Assembly (NCBI GenBank): GCA_050273025.1
Contig: CP158635.1
Coordinates: 30,380,001-30,444,000 of the forward strand
Direction: 5' to 3'
Source: Cenococcum geophilum
Taxonomy: Eukaryota
DNA: 64,000 nucleotides
Positions 49,001-63,300 of this stretch are shown here, one piece after another; positions within the stretch are counted from its first letter, which is position 1, and every line of letters starts with the position of its first letter. The notes beneath the pieces are model-generated. The model searched no databases, was not told the origin of the DNA, and worked only from the letters and a program-made list of their open reading frames with translations. Both the position numbers and the translations under genes were made by a program.

Positions 49001-52000
49001 ATTCTTATTAGATACTTTTAATTTTTAATTTTTAGTGCTCTATGCATATTGCACGTATTATCCACGCATGCTATCTATAATAGTATATAATGTGCTTAAT
49101 GTCTTAGGTTAACTCTTAGCTCGTCTTTATCCTTAAGTTTAAACCTTTCTTATGTTAATCTAAGCGTTGCGACTTTATTCGTAGGTACTAAGATTTATCT
49201 TTCGCTTCTCTAGTCCTCTAATTACTCCTCTAAATCTTTTGACGTTATAATTAAAGCTTCTTTAATGTAAGTTATGGCCTTTTTTATAATTAGGTGGTCT
49301 TAGATAACTTTCTCATCTAACCATATATAGAAATCTTCCCACTTATCATTATATTGTTATCTATACTACCTTTAATACAATCCTTTAAGTATATACGGCT
49401 CGTCCGTAAGGAAGTATCTTCTTATTACTGCGTCGTAATAGCCCTTTATATATTGTTCTTCGAACCTAGTTAAAATCCCTAGATCCTCTTCTTATTCCAG
49501 TTTAGTAAGCCACTTAGCTCTTAGTGTGCCTACTTTCGGCCTATTAGTGACCTTTTGTACGGGTACTCTGTCCCTTATACGTCCTAGTATACTAGATCTC
49601 TTATTTAGTTTCTGTTCTTGCTATAAGGTAATTCTCGCTCTAAATTCCTTTATAGTTTTTTTTCTTTTACGTCTTGCGAGTGGATCCTTGAAGTTATTAT
49701 ACTTCTTAATCTTAGTATTAATTTTTTGATCTTTAGGCTGAATACTGTGTTCCCCTAGTAAGTCTTCTAGGTCTATATGTCTGTCTCTTAGTCTAACTAC
49801 TATTTATATTGCAGATTCTCTAATCTATAAAGAAGCCTCTTGCCTTTTACCTATGGGTGTCCTTATTCGTACTCTAAATTCTTAGTCCCTTAGATTTTTT
49901 AATCCTAAGCTTGCTTCTAACTTAAGCTTAGCTCCCGCCTTAGTCTAACTAGGCGTCTATAGTATTCTTATCTTGTCTTAAGAGTTTTAAATCTTATTTA
50001 TCTCGTCTTAAGAATCTGATACCGTTGGGAATTCTTGTCCTGAGCTTATTTATATATTTCTAAACTAAGCTGCTGCTCTACTTTATCGGTTTTCGTCTAT
50101 TATAGGTCCTTAAGCTATCCTTATCCTGTCTGCGGAATCTTAGATCTCTTTTATCTTATCTTAAAAATCTTAAGCCTTTAGCCTTTTGCCTTTATTAAGG
50201 GGTAAGCTAGTACTAGTAGTTATCTACTTACTTAATCTTCTTTAGATATTACTCCTTTCTTCTTATAAAGCGATGGATGCCGTATCTAACAGTGTTATAA
50301 TGCCTGTTACTAAACCTTACTCTATGGCGGTTTTAGTCTCTACTTTTATTATAACTTCTCTAAGGTTTATACGCTCCTAGTAAGCTGCCTTTATTGCCCC
50401 GTTATCTATAAATGTTTTACCTGTGTTAAACTCGTCGTCTTTAATATCTGGTCTACGCGATAGTTTATTAGTCCCTCTATACTTTATAGATTTTGGCTCC
50501 TATAGCTAATAGCTTGCGCTATACTTGGCGTCTTTATAAATTTGGTATATGTTGTTATAACAAAACGTGAAACTTCTAATTAAACACTCTTCCGTTCCTC
50601 GTAGTACACTATCGTCCCTCTATACGTATGTGTCTTCTACTAGTCGGGTTCCCTTTATTATATAGTAACTCTAACTATCTTTATAATCCCTCGCGAAATG
50701 ACCCTATTTCCCGCAATTTATATAAGCTCTGTCTCTAAACTACTGACTTTGCTATAGAGTCCGCCTAAACGTCTTCTGCTGCTAAGATCCCTGGTTTAGC
50801 CTCTGCTTCTTAGTCCTGTAATTACTAGATCCTTAACCTCTGGGTTTCTATAGTTTCTTACTCTATCTTTTATAGGCTTCTTTAGTACCGCTTAGGTCTA
50901 TTAGCTCTGCGCCATACTATAGTTTTTAACTTAGCTTTAGTTGTTGCGTACTCTACGTCTTATATAACTGTAGAACTCTGTTCTAATCTCTCTTAGCCTA
51001 TTTTCTTTAGTAGATCCTATTGTTAATCTTAATTGCTTAATCTATTAGTTCCCTTAGGGTGTCCGCATCTTCTATTAGAATAATTACGTCCTAGACTTTA
51101 GCCTTAAGTCCCTGTTTATACTATGCCATAAGCGCCCTATTATTCCACTTAACTTATATTACTAGCGTTTGGAACTGCGTTATATACTTAATTGCTAAGG
51201 TTTATTGCGTAATGTTTTAAAGCTTTCTTTCCGCCATAGTCGTTAACTCCAGGTCTCTAAACATCTGTGTTAGTCGCTCTATAAACCCCTCCTAACTTAA
51301 GAATATATATCGCACGTCCTAATTAGTCGTCATTCTATTGGCCTATATCTCCGTAAGGTAAGATTTAAACTATTTAAGTGCCCTTCCTAATAGAAATAGC
51401 CCTGTATATACTATTCGATCTACAGATGTCGCCAGCTTTACTCCTTCTTGTGTAACCTTAAAATGCATTTATATAAGGAATCCTTTAAGCTTTAATCTCT
51501 CTCCTAAGAATCTCTTAATTAATAGTAACTTAACCTTTGCTACGCCTATTCCGTTAATCCTTTATTTAAGTATTATATTGTTTTCTATTAACTGGTTAAC
51601 TATCTCTTATAGTTGTCTAACCGTCATAGGTTGCTATAAGTCAGTATCTGCCATACTGGTGTCACCTACTGACCTTAAAGTAGTTGCCGCCGTTAATAGC
51701 GTCGTGGTGGCTGCTTTTAGTGGCATATTGTTCGGCTTTCTGTGTTTAATACTGTAACTAGGTAGTAATTGTATAACGGAACCTTGTAGTAAGAACTACA
51801 ATGGGCTCGTTAATAGGCTAGGTGTGTAGGTGATATAAACTAAAGCTAATAACGTAATAATAACTGGTGGAGTGGTTGCCCAATAGATTAACTCTAATTG
51901 TATTCTAAGAATTACTATAAGGAAAGAACTATCTAGAGTAGGGACTGTAGTCCTTTAAATACACAACCGTACTCCTAGGAAACCCTCCTTGTACGTGAGG

Positions 52001-55000
52001 TACGTGTGCTTTATCTACTCTGTCGCGGATTACATAGATTATATAGATTATACAGATCACATTACGTGGCTCGGTTACCATTCCTCGTCATATAGTTCTA
52101 CTGGATCCATTCTAGACCGTACCTGTATTAACCAACTAGCTTCTTCCAACTCTTCTCCAAGTAGTCATAACATTGTATTTAAAGCGTCCGTAACACTAGC
52201 CTAACGTATAGTATTAACATTGTTACGGTTTATAAAGGTTATAAACCCCCTATTGCTTACAGACGGAACCAACCCTATATTTAATAATTAGAAGCTTTAA
52301 TTATAGGACAAGCTTGAAGTTAATACGGACTACTTCCCTACTACTTAGGCTAAAATGGCCTACGTCTTTAGCTGTACCGGTAGGGATATATAGACACACC
52401 TATGTCCGCGGTACGTATAGGACTTAGTAAAGCTCTTCCTCTCTAAAGAAGAGATAATTATCTACCTATCTTCTATTTATAAGGACCCCTTTAAAGTATA
52501 GAATACCCAACTTAATTATAAAAGCCTAAATATAAAAATGATAAAAACCTTCTTAGCCTTTTAGACCCGCTTTCTGCACCTAGCCAGCCAGGTTTAAATT
52601 CCCTAGGAAGATCTAATACTAGACCTATTTAATAAGCTTACCCTAGACCTACAGCGAGCCATACTACTAGTTTTTACTACTATATAGACGCTAAAGGAAC
52701 TTACAGATTAGTGCTTAGCTATTAACCAAGGCCTCCACCAAATTAAGGTATACGCCAAATAGTATAAAGCTAGAAACCCTTTAAATTAGACTATAAGTAA
52801 TACAAAAACGGCCCGTAATGTCCTGGCATAATCGGCAACCCCTATAGCACTACCTATATAGCCCACCGCCAATCTAGCAGCTAGCCATACGGCCAGCCCT
52901 GCCATAGGTCCGGCGAATGCTCGGCCTATATATAGCAACCCCTATATACAAGCCCTTAGTAATTAAGGAGCTTACTTTTCTTATGGATAGAAAGGTTACT
53001 ATATAAAGAATTACCCGATAAACGCGAAAGCGGATAAGGTTCTATTAATTTAGAAGGACAGCGCGGAGTTAAAAAAAGAGGAACCCTAAAGGAAGACTCC
53101 TCTCTAGGGTTAAAAGGGATTAATATATTAGATACTAATCTAGGTCGGCTAGTTAATAGAAGAAGCTATATTATCCCTTATACTTTATTCCGCAATAAAT
53201 ACTAAGTTTTAACCTCTGCTTTAGCTGACTCTAAAGTAAATACCTTTACTTTAATAGACACTTAGTATGCCGTAAAGCTGGCTGACTTTCTAAATACACC
53301 TATTAAAGAACTACCTAAACTAATTCCTATCCGCGGGTACAATAGGCGGATAGGACTACCTATTACGACTATCTTGCGGATTTACCTCCGTATTAATAGA
53401 CGAAGGCAATATAACGCCCCCTTTCTTATTATAGACCTAGGTAGCCATAATATAATCTTAGGGTGAGAATAGCTAGCCTATTTAGGCTTACAGCTTAATA
53501 TACAGAGTAAACGGCTTATCTAGCCCAAAACCCTACCCCTAACCCCTTCCTTTATAAAAGAAATTAGTATTATAATAGAAAACCTTATACGGCCCTAGAT
53601 TAATACTATTTACTAGGCCAATGCTATGCGTAGGGACTAGGCCTTTAAGAAAGATATACAGCTTAATTCGCAACAGATCCGTATACTATATCGCCCCTAG
53701 ACTACCTATATTACGCCACCCGCATTAAAAACCTAGGAAGTTAGTAGTAACCTAAAAAAAGCCCCCTATAGAGAGCTTAGGCCCTATATAGCTACAAAGA
53801 ATAGTAAGGGATATTAGATATTATACTAAACTAATAGATTAGAGGGATAACCTATAGAAGATAAAACAGGAGCTAAAAAAGATTATAAACCCTAAACTAC
53901 AAAATACGGTCCGGAAAACGGCTATAAGGAAACCAGCGGACCTCCTACTAGTTAATGTCTGCTATATTAGTGCCGTAGGATTCTACCAAAACTTAGTTCA
54001 GCCTAATACCGTTACCTTTATAATAAGCTTATACGAAATTAATTAAATAATTAAGAAAAAGGGAAGTAAGCTTAGCGGATAAGAAAGCGAGCTTATAGAT
54101 AAGGAACTAGTAGAACAAAAGCTGCCCTATTAACACCAGAAATTTAAGGATATATTCTTTAAAGCAGCGTCTAATATACTTCCACCTTACTAACCATATA
54201 ACTATAAGATTAAGATTAAGCAGGGTAAAGAAAACACCCTTAGCTTTAGCCCCCTCTATAAGCAGTCTATTACCAAATTATAGGCTATAAAGCAGTATCT
54301 TATTAATAACCTAAATAAGGGCTTTATTAAGCCTAGCTAAGCCCCTTTTACCTTACCTATTCTCTTTATTAAAAAGCTAAATAGAGGACTCTGCTTTTAT
54401 ATTAACTACTATAAGCTAAATAATATAACCCGCAAGGACCGCTATCCGCTACCCTTACTTAATAAAACTCTAGCCCAAATAAGTAGAGCTAAGGTCTTTA
54501 TAAAGCTTAATATCCGCTAAGCCTTTTACCAAATTAGGATAGACCCTAGGTCTAAAAATCTTACTATATTTTAGATCTGTTATAGAATATATAAATATAA
54601 AGTGCTCCCTTTTAAACTAACTAACGGACTAGCTATATACTAGCGGTATATAAATAATGTACTCTTTAACTACCTTAACAATTTCTATACGGCCTATTTA
54701 GATAATATTATAATCTACTCTAAGAACGAGCTAGAATATAAGAAGCACGTCTATAAAGTTCTATAATAGCTCTGCGAGGCTAGCCTCCAGGTTAATATTA
54801 AGAAGTTAGAGTTTAGTATTAAGCGTATAAAGTACTTAGGTTTTATTATCAGTATAAATAAAATTAAAACTAACCTAAAGAAGACGGCCGTAATTAACTA
54901 ATAGGCACCCCCATGGACCATAAAGGGGGTACAATTATTTTTAGGGTTTTATAACTTCTACTAACGCTTTATTAAGAACTACAGCAGGATCGCCTGGCCT

Positions 55001-58000
55001 CTTAACCGTCTTACTAGAAAAGACCAGCCCTTCTACTTTAACGCTATATATAGGCAGGCCTTTAATAAGCTTAAGAAACGGCTGGTATTAGCTCCTCTAC
55101 TTGCCCATTTTAACCCGGAACGGCCCTTAATGCTAAAAACTAATGCCTTAGATAGCGCGATAGCTAGTATTTTTTCCTAGAAGCAACCGGATAAAGAGTA
55201 GCACCTTATTATATACTATTTAAAGACTATAATAGATGCCGAGCTAAATTACCATATCCATAATAAAGAAATGCTGGCTATTATCTCTAGCTTTTAGCAC
55301 TAGCGTATATAGCTAGAGGGGACCCCTAAGCCAATTAAGGTAGTTTTAAATTATAAGGCCTTAGAATACTTTATAACAACTAAGGCCTTTACAGCCCGGC
55401 AGGTACGCTAGGCGGATACCCTATCTTAATTTAACTTCTTAATTATATATAGACCAGGCGCTATAAACCGTGCGGATGCTTTTACTAGGCGTAAACAAAA
55501 CCTAGGTAACTAAATAGCAGCGAAGATCTTATTACGGACCTAAACACTACTACAACTAGAGCACCTTAACCCCTAGATATAGGCAGAACTAAGTATAGAC
55601 TTCTTAGGCGCCGAGATATATCCTATTAACCCTTTAGGACTTAACTTTATTAACAAATTGCTGTAGATAAACCGTACAGCCCCATCTCTATAAGAGTACC
55701 GTAAAAAGATAAAGGATATTACTAGCCCATAGTCCCTCGAAAATAAACTACTTAAGCACCACGAACGGCTAGTGGTAGCAGAGGAACAGAACTTACGGAC
55801 TTAGCTTATTACCGAGGCACATGCCCAGGTATCTACGGCCTACCCTAGAAAAAACAAGACCCGTAGAATTATTAGCGACCGCTATTACTAGCCCGGAATA
55901 ATTATGGATATTAACTGCTTTATACGGAACTGTAATAACTATTATAGGTCTACAATTCCACAAGACAAGACCCTAGGACTATTAAAGCCACTCCTAATAC
56001 CAGAACGCCCCTAGCAGTATATCTTTATAAATTTCTATAAGCTGCCCCTAGACCGCGACGGATACAATATAGTTATAATTCTAGTTAACCGCTTTAGTAA
56101 GCGCCCGTTTTTAATTCCCTATTACAAGAATATTGATGCTAAAGAGGCGGCCTAACTGTATATTTACTACGTCTATAGAATCTACAGACTACCAGATACT
56201 ATTATATCCGATTATAGGCCGCAGTTTATATCGGCCTTCTGAAATAAGTTTACCCGGATCTTAGGTATTAGGCTAAAGCTTTCTACGGCATACTACCCCT
56301 AAACAGATAGTTAGACGGAGATTATAAATTAATACTTAGACCAGAGACTCCGGCCCTTTATTAACTACTTTTAAAACAACTAGGGCGAACTGTTACCCCT
56401 AATAGACTACACCCAGACGACCCTACCCTATGACTCTATGGGATTCGCACCTATTTAGTTAGAAATGGGTTATTTACCCCACATAAGCTTTAATTAGGAA
56501 AGACCAGAAGGACCCTAGACCGTACGTAAAAAACTATCTTATGAGGAAGCCCAGCAGTACGCCAAACGCTTAGAAGAAGCCTAGAAAGTAGCCTATACAA
56601 ACCTAAAAAAGGCCCAAAAATCAATAAAACAATAGGCAAATAAGCACAGACGCGAGCCGGACTTTACCGTAGGCGATATAGTCTGGGTTATGACAAAGAA
56701 CTGGAAGACAGAACGGCCTAGCCGTAAGCTGGACTATAAGATGGCAGGACTATATAAGATTCTTAACAAAGTAGGCAACTCGTACAAGGTTAAACTTCTG
56801 GATTTAATTAAGGTCTACCCTGTCTTTTTGCCAGATAAACTACGAAAGGCTATAAACAACCCATTACCCAGACAAAAGAACGAACCGCCCCTGCCGATTA
56901 AAGTTAATAGCGATAACGAATAGGAAATTAAAGAAATACTAGCCTGTAAACTAGTAAGGAAAACGCTAAAGTACTGTGTTAGTTGGAAAGGTTACGACCC
57001 AAATCCTACCTAGTACCCTGTATGGAACTTTATTAGCAGCCCCCATAAGCTTTAAGAATTCTATAACTGTTACCCTAATAAACTAGGACCCCCAAAGTAC
57101 CTAGACGAGTGGATGGAGTGCTGGCATAGCGAAGATGATAAGCTACCGGAAGAATATAAGGATAAGAACGCCCTATAGGTGTAATACGGACACACAAAGC
57201 CTGAGGGCAGGCTTTACTGAGGGGGGGGGTAATGTTACGGCACTGGCAGAAAACGGCAGAACTTTAGCAGAACTTTGCGGTTACGTGACTAGAGGACCAC
57301 ATAAAAGAACCCTACTTCAACTGGCGCTGCTCTTCTTCTCCTTTCCTTTCTCTAGCTTTAGATTCTCGTTTATAGACAATCCAATCGTACAGGCTTACGC
57401 GTCCCTCTTGCCGTGCTCGTGCCTTGATTGACTAAGTCGCTAACAACTAGCTAGCTTACTAAGAATTATAAGCGATATAGATGGCTATAGTATAGTCTTA
57501 AATTTAACTAAGATATTTAGCATTGGCACTAGAATAAAATAAAGCCTAGGTGATGTAGTAGTTAAGGACATTAAAGGATCGTCGCTACTTAGGCCTAGGC
57601 TATTAAAGCTTAAAGTTAGCAATAGAAAAGCTTACCTTAACGTAACTACCGCTCTTAGTACGCATGCATTAATTATAAGGACTAAAGGTATTAGATTTAA
57701 CGCAGTACGTCTTATTATAAGCCTTTAGAATCCTATTATTAGATTTCTAGTCTTTTAAAGATATATAGGCAAAATTATTTAGGTAGGACTAGTACTAGTT
57801 ACGAGTTAGCAGAGGTTAGGGTTTTATATATAAAGGTAGGGCTAGGATACGCTGTGGAATCTACTTAAAAAAGCAGTTAGTAGGAGAATAAAAAGGCATA
57901 TTAAATTAATAATAAAAAAGAAGAAAATCTTAATAATATATCAAAGATACGTCTAAAATTAGACGATAGTTAATAGTAGGAAGTAAGGTATTTAAGAAAA

Positions 58001-60383
58001 GGAGCAGCTTAATAAGTAAGGTGTCTTTATACTTTACCTTCTAATACCCTTTTAGTAAATAGCCGTAACCTTGCCGATATAACTCCGTTATAATAGCGTT
58101 ATTTAAAAAAAAAAGGAAACACGAGTATATATTATCTAACTATTACTTCCTTATAAAAACTAAGTACGTGGCCGGAGGAAGGTAATTAAGACGTTAATTA
58201 AAGACGTATATAGGTTAAATTATACCTAAAACGATACTATAGTATTAAAGAACAACGTTATAAACGTTTTTAATAATCGTATAATAGCTACAGGTGCTAT
58301 TATAAAGTGTCCCTCCTATTTACTAGGCAATAGAGCTACGCTAAATATACGGCATAGGACTATTAAATTTAAAAGTATATACACCAAATCTTAGGAGATA
58401 AGTCTCCTTAATTAACTAATTAATACCTTAACTGCATCTAATAGCCTAAGGGTAGATATAGGAATAATATATTAGTGACGTAGAGGATTATATAAAACGA
58501 TTATAGATTATATTCTAGTTAAAGATGACGGCAAGCTAAGGCCCTATATATTAAATTCTATACTAAAAGGTTCTACGGAACTATACTAGAACACTAAATT
58601 ACTTATAATACTTGTAATTAATTGCAAACCGGTATAAAGCCTTAGAAGTAGAGTTATATAAAAATCCCTACGTTAGCCTAGGCAGTTACTAGTATACTTT
58701 TAGTAAGCTTCTAATAGGTCTCCTAGTAATCCTTACGTCTTTTCTTTAGTTATATTTTTTCCTTATTAAGGTTTTTTAGGAGTTTAAAGTAGGGGTTAGA
58801 TAGATAGATAATATATAGTAGTATACCAATATCTCTCTAAACCCCTTCTAGGACGAGCCCTTATAATCTCCCTACTATAAGGTAATAGCGATTAGGGGCT
58901 AACTGTAAGAAGGGGGGGGTAATATAAGGGATATTATTGCGGACACCTTAGGTTGCCCTTAGGATAACCCCCAGACGCCCCTTAAATAGTCGCCAGTTAC
59001 GTACTAAAGGCACGTGCCCGTAGTATATAGTCTCCATAATCCCAAAGGCCTTACCTCCTTAAGGATTCGTCTCTCTTACCAATCTATCCTATTCCACAAT
59101 CGTGTCCTTATAGCCCCCTATCTACAAGATCCCCTTATACTAATATTGTATTAATACCTTTATATACGTTCCTTTCTTTCTAAGGTATTCGTTTTTATTA
59201 TATATCTATTATACTATTTCCTTTTAATATTTCTCACTATCTACTACTCTTTGTAATAGTATATTCTTACTTATTCTTTTAAATAGAAATCGGTCCTTAA
59301 TCTTAAATTTAACTACCTTACGTATAAAGCTGTAAACTTTTTTATAGTTATTTCTTAAGGTCTTTAAAGCGTTAATAGCTACTATATAATCTTTTGGTAT
59401 TCTTTAGAGTACGAATTATTAAGTAGGCCATCGCTTGGATCCTTATTTCGTAGTACTATTAAGTTTATCGCGTATATAATATACCTAAGCTCTAAATCTA
59501 TAAAGTCTTCTAAACCCCCCCTTAAGTTTATCTTTTAACTTTTCTTGCAAAAGCTGCTAAAATAAGCCATCTACTACGCCATTCTTCCCTCTGGGTATAT
59601 ACTGTATATTAAAATCCTATAACTAAATCTAAGCTAACTAATAGGTTATTAATAAGCTAGGGAGATCGGTTGCTAATCTATTAAGCTAGGCTACTAGGGT
59701 ATTAGCATCTATTTTAACTATAAATCGCGCTCTGTATAGCTAGACTTAAACCCTTTTTAAGCGTATAAAGTAGAGCTTTATACTTAAGCTTTCTAGAGTT
59801 ATACTTCCGTTTTCCCTTTAACTATATTCCGCTCTTAAACCTATATAGGTAGCGTCTATCTTATTTATTAAGTTAGTTTAGCGTTACTCCCTATCTAATG
59901 CCACTTAAGTCTACTATTAATATGATTTCTCCTACCTTAAGCAAATAGTTAATTTGGATTAGTGCTAGCGCTATAGTACTTACTATCTTTAAAGTTATTA
60001 TTACTTGTAATTACTTTAGTCTCTAGTGAAATTCTATACCTTCCTTAAGCGACTAAAATAGAAGCTCCGCTATAATAGAAAAGTTAATAACCTATATTTT
60101 ATAGTACGTGTATACCTCTAAGAATGCTCTAACTAACTGGATGTCTTTATATTCTTTTTATAGAATAATCTTCGCGCCTAGTTTACTAAAGATTTAGTGT
60201 ATTTATATTAGCAAATTTAATAACTAGGTCAGTAGTTATTAAAAGCCTTTTACCTATATATTAGGACTAAGACTACTAACTTCTATTACCTTAACTCTTA
60301 CTTCTAGCATAGTATACTGTATTTAGTGTAAGGATCGCTAGGTAATAGGTTAAAGATATTAAAAGGGCCCCTAAGGCGCTAGT

Positions 60384-63300
60384 TGTAACGGCGCTATCGT
60401 ACGTTACCTGCCAAATTCTGCCATATTCTGCCGACCTGCGATTGGCCCGCCTAAAGCTAGCGCCTTGGCGGCTCACCCTATATATTTGTTTACATCGGTC
60501 TTAGCGACCCCTTTTCCTCTCTTTAGCTTAGTATTTTCGTAATACAGCATTCTACAAGCTTTGGTTTAGAGGCATTTGTACAAGCCGTGACATTATACTA
60601 AGCTCTCCCTACCTTGCCTGGGAAGGCCTTAATAATATCCTACCCTAAAGAAACTTCGTCTATAATGACGTATTAACGCGCTATACTTAGACACTAAAAT
60701 AACTCTATATTACCTAGGAAGGCCTAGATAATATCCTACCTTATAAGCTAGATAGGACTAGACCTATACCCCCGGAATTAAAACTAAAGCGTATAATATT
60801 AATAAACCTTAGGAAGCTAACGATGGCACCTAAAGCAAGCTTATCTAAGAGAGCTGCCTCTACCCGAGAGGAACCTAAGATCTAATTAGGATCAGAAATC
60901 GAAGATAATAATAATATCGTAGACATACGCGAGCAGATTCGCGCCCTTACAGCCAGCTAGGAAGCCGATCGTCTTAAAGCAAGAAATATATAAGAGACCC
61001 TACAAAAGATCCTAGAAAGCCTTACGGCCCTATAAAATAGCCTAGCTTCCCCTTCTTAAAGCCCTAGCCGACCTATTTACTCTACTAAATGCGATATACT
61101 AGGGAGTATAAATATAATAATAAAGTAATTAAAGTCCGTTAAGCTCCCTAACCCCCCACTACTATTTAATGGGATAGACCCTACCTTTAAGAATTAGAGG
61201 ATTTAAGTATAAGGAAAGCTCCGCGTTAACTATAACCATTTCCTTTCTAAAGAAGCTAAAATACTCTACCTCTTTAGTTAAACTACTGGGGACGCCTAAC
61301 GGCACCTTTAAGCCAAGTTTAAGGACAACTCCCCTATTTAATTTATATCTGTTAATAAAATAATATAGCACCTAGCGGCTATCTATATTAACCCAAATAA
61401 AGTACAGGATGCCTATTATAACTATAATTACCTAATAATAAAACTGAACTAACTCTTTGCTAAATTTTAGACTTAATTTTTATACCTTATAGGAGAAGGC
61501 TAAGTTCCCCTTAAGAACTACTAATTAGACCTATATAATAAGCTAACAATCCAGCTATAAGAAAAGATCGCTATAACCTTAAATAACCTACTAACCTACA
61601 AAAGACTCGCAGCTTATTGCCTATTATTAGACTTAAAACTAAAGCAGATTAACGCCTGCCCTAATCAGCAGAAGCAACTCTATAATAATTAAAACTCGCT
61701 AGCTATACCTATAAAAGCTAGAGTAGGAAGACAAGTTATAACTACTCTTATACTAAAGGCGGTTATAACTACGCACTGGCAAGCCTCGCCTAACTAGCTA
61801 CGTACTACACCATTAACTAGTATTCGCTGTAATACTCTAATCAACCCTGCCTTAACTACGTACTTTAACTGCGATAAGTAAGGTTATTTTGCCTTATCCT
61901 GCCTAGAGCTAAAGGATATAGGCGATATTAAGGAGATGGAGGAAGAAGAAATGTCTAACGAGTTAGGAAAAGAAGAACCCTAGGGAAAGACTCCCCCCTA
62001 GGGTACCCTATCGATCTTAAAGAGATTAATCTTAGTTAGTTAATAGGTGGAAAGTATTTTATGGTTCTATATATAGTATCTTAAAATAGATATAGAGTTA
62101 ATATAACCGCCCTTATTAACACTAGAGTAAATAGCTTCGCCTTTATAAATACTGCCTATATAAATAATGTTGCTAAATTTCTAAATATAGAAGCCATTTA
62201 ACTAGAGAAGCCTATTTAGGTAAAGGGCTACAACAGCCAAGCCGGTTGGCCTATTACCCACGTCTTAAAGTTATATATCGCTCTTAACGGACGACGCTAA
62301 TATAGTATCCCCTTTTATATCCTAGACCTAGGGTCCTATAATATAATCCTTAGACAAAAATAGATGTCCTATTTTAATATTTAGTTAAATGTATAAAAAA
62401 AATAGTTTGTCTGGCCGGAGGATAGACCAAGGTTGCCCTCCTTTGTTAGGGAGATCCGAACCAACCATAAGACACTAGCTGTAAGGGCTAACCCTACCTA
62501 CTAATAGAATGTCCGGGCCCGTAACCTAGCCTTTACCTAAGAGGACACCCGCCACGAAGCTGGAAAGAACTCCGTACCGATAAAGATACTCTTCTAAAGC
62601 GCTATGTTTAAAGAGGACTTTACGTATAGAAGCGGGATAGATAATAACATAGATAATATCTAAATCGCATAGATCTAACCGTTATAAAAAAGAACGTATT
62701 AATAGGATATAAGGGACGACCTCTAAAAAATATAATAGGAGCTAAAAGGAGTAATAATAACGCCAGTACCCTAGAAGTCCCTAAAGTCATATACGCCCCT
62801 ATTATTAGTTAACCCCCCTACCGTAGATATCGCCGTAATTAGCGCTATAGTATTTTACTTTAATATATACCGGAAGGATAATAAGGTCTTTATAATAAGC
62901 CTATATAAGATTAACCAAATTATTAATAATAAAGAGGAAAGGCTAAATAAGGAAACTAATAAGGAACTAGTTAAACGCCTCCTTTTTACCATTTATATAG
63001 GCTATAAAGATATATTCTTAAAGGCGGCTTTAAATAAGTTACCCCCCTACCAGACATATAATTATAAGATTTAATTAGAGGCCAATAACTTGCTAGGCTA
63101 TAGCCCCCTCTACTATTAATTAATAGATAAGCTAAAAGCAATAAAGTAGTACTTAATTAACAACCTAGATAAAGGGTTTATTAAGCTAAGTTAAGCCCCT
63201 TTTGCTTTTCTTATCCTATTTATAAAAAAGCCTAATAAAGGCCTTCGTTTTTGTATTAACTATTAAAAGCTAAACACTATTACTTAAAAAAACCGGTATC

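Larger units (their letters stand above)
35230..52195 (-). mobile_element. Ty3/Gypsy G2 copy 2 (divergent subfamily), interrupted by G2 copy 3 and a retroposon
   Basis: LTRs 35230-35653 and 51772-52195; TSD ctagt/ctagc (35225-35229, 52196-52200); internal region colinear with G2 copy 1. Confidence 0.92.
27182..57445 (+). mobile_element. Ty3/Gypsy chromovirus G3, interrupted by G4b and G2 copy 2
   Basis: 213-bp LTRs 27182-27394 and 57233-57445; TSD ACTAG (27177-27181, 57446-57450); G-rich PPT. Gag knuckle ~52970-53020, protease ~53221, RT YLDD ~54695, RNase H, integrase, chromodomain ~56920-57070. Confidence 0.93.
11435..59139 (+). mobile_element. Outer Ty3/Gypsy chromovirus G1, internally deleted and expanded to 47.7 kb by nested insertions
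   Basis: Matching 217-bp LTRs 11435-11651 and 58923-59139; TSD CTAAT (11430-11434, 59140-59144); PPT aagaagggggggg before the 3' LTR. Gag-like region from ~12045, protease DSGAE ~13808, integrase tail ~17955-18130, chromodomain ~26155-26330. Confidence 0.92.

Noticed and set aside
56690..57431. ORFs 56690-56923 and 57135-57431 as independent genes
   Set aside because: The first is a surviving fragment of the G3 integrase tail; the second reads through the PPT and LTR.
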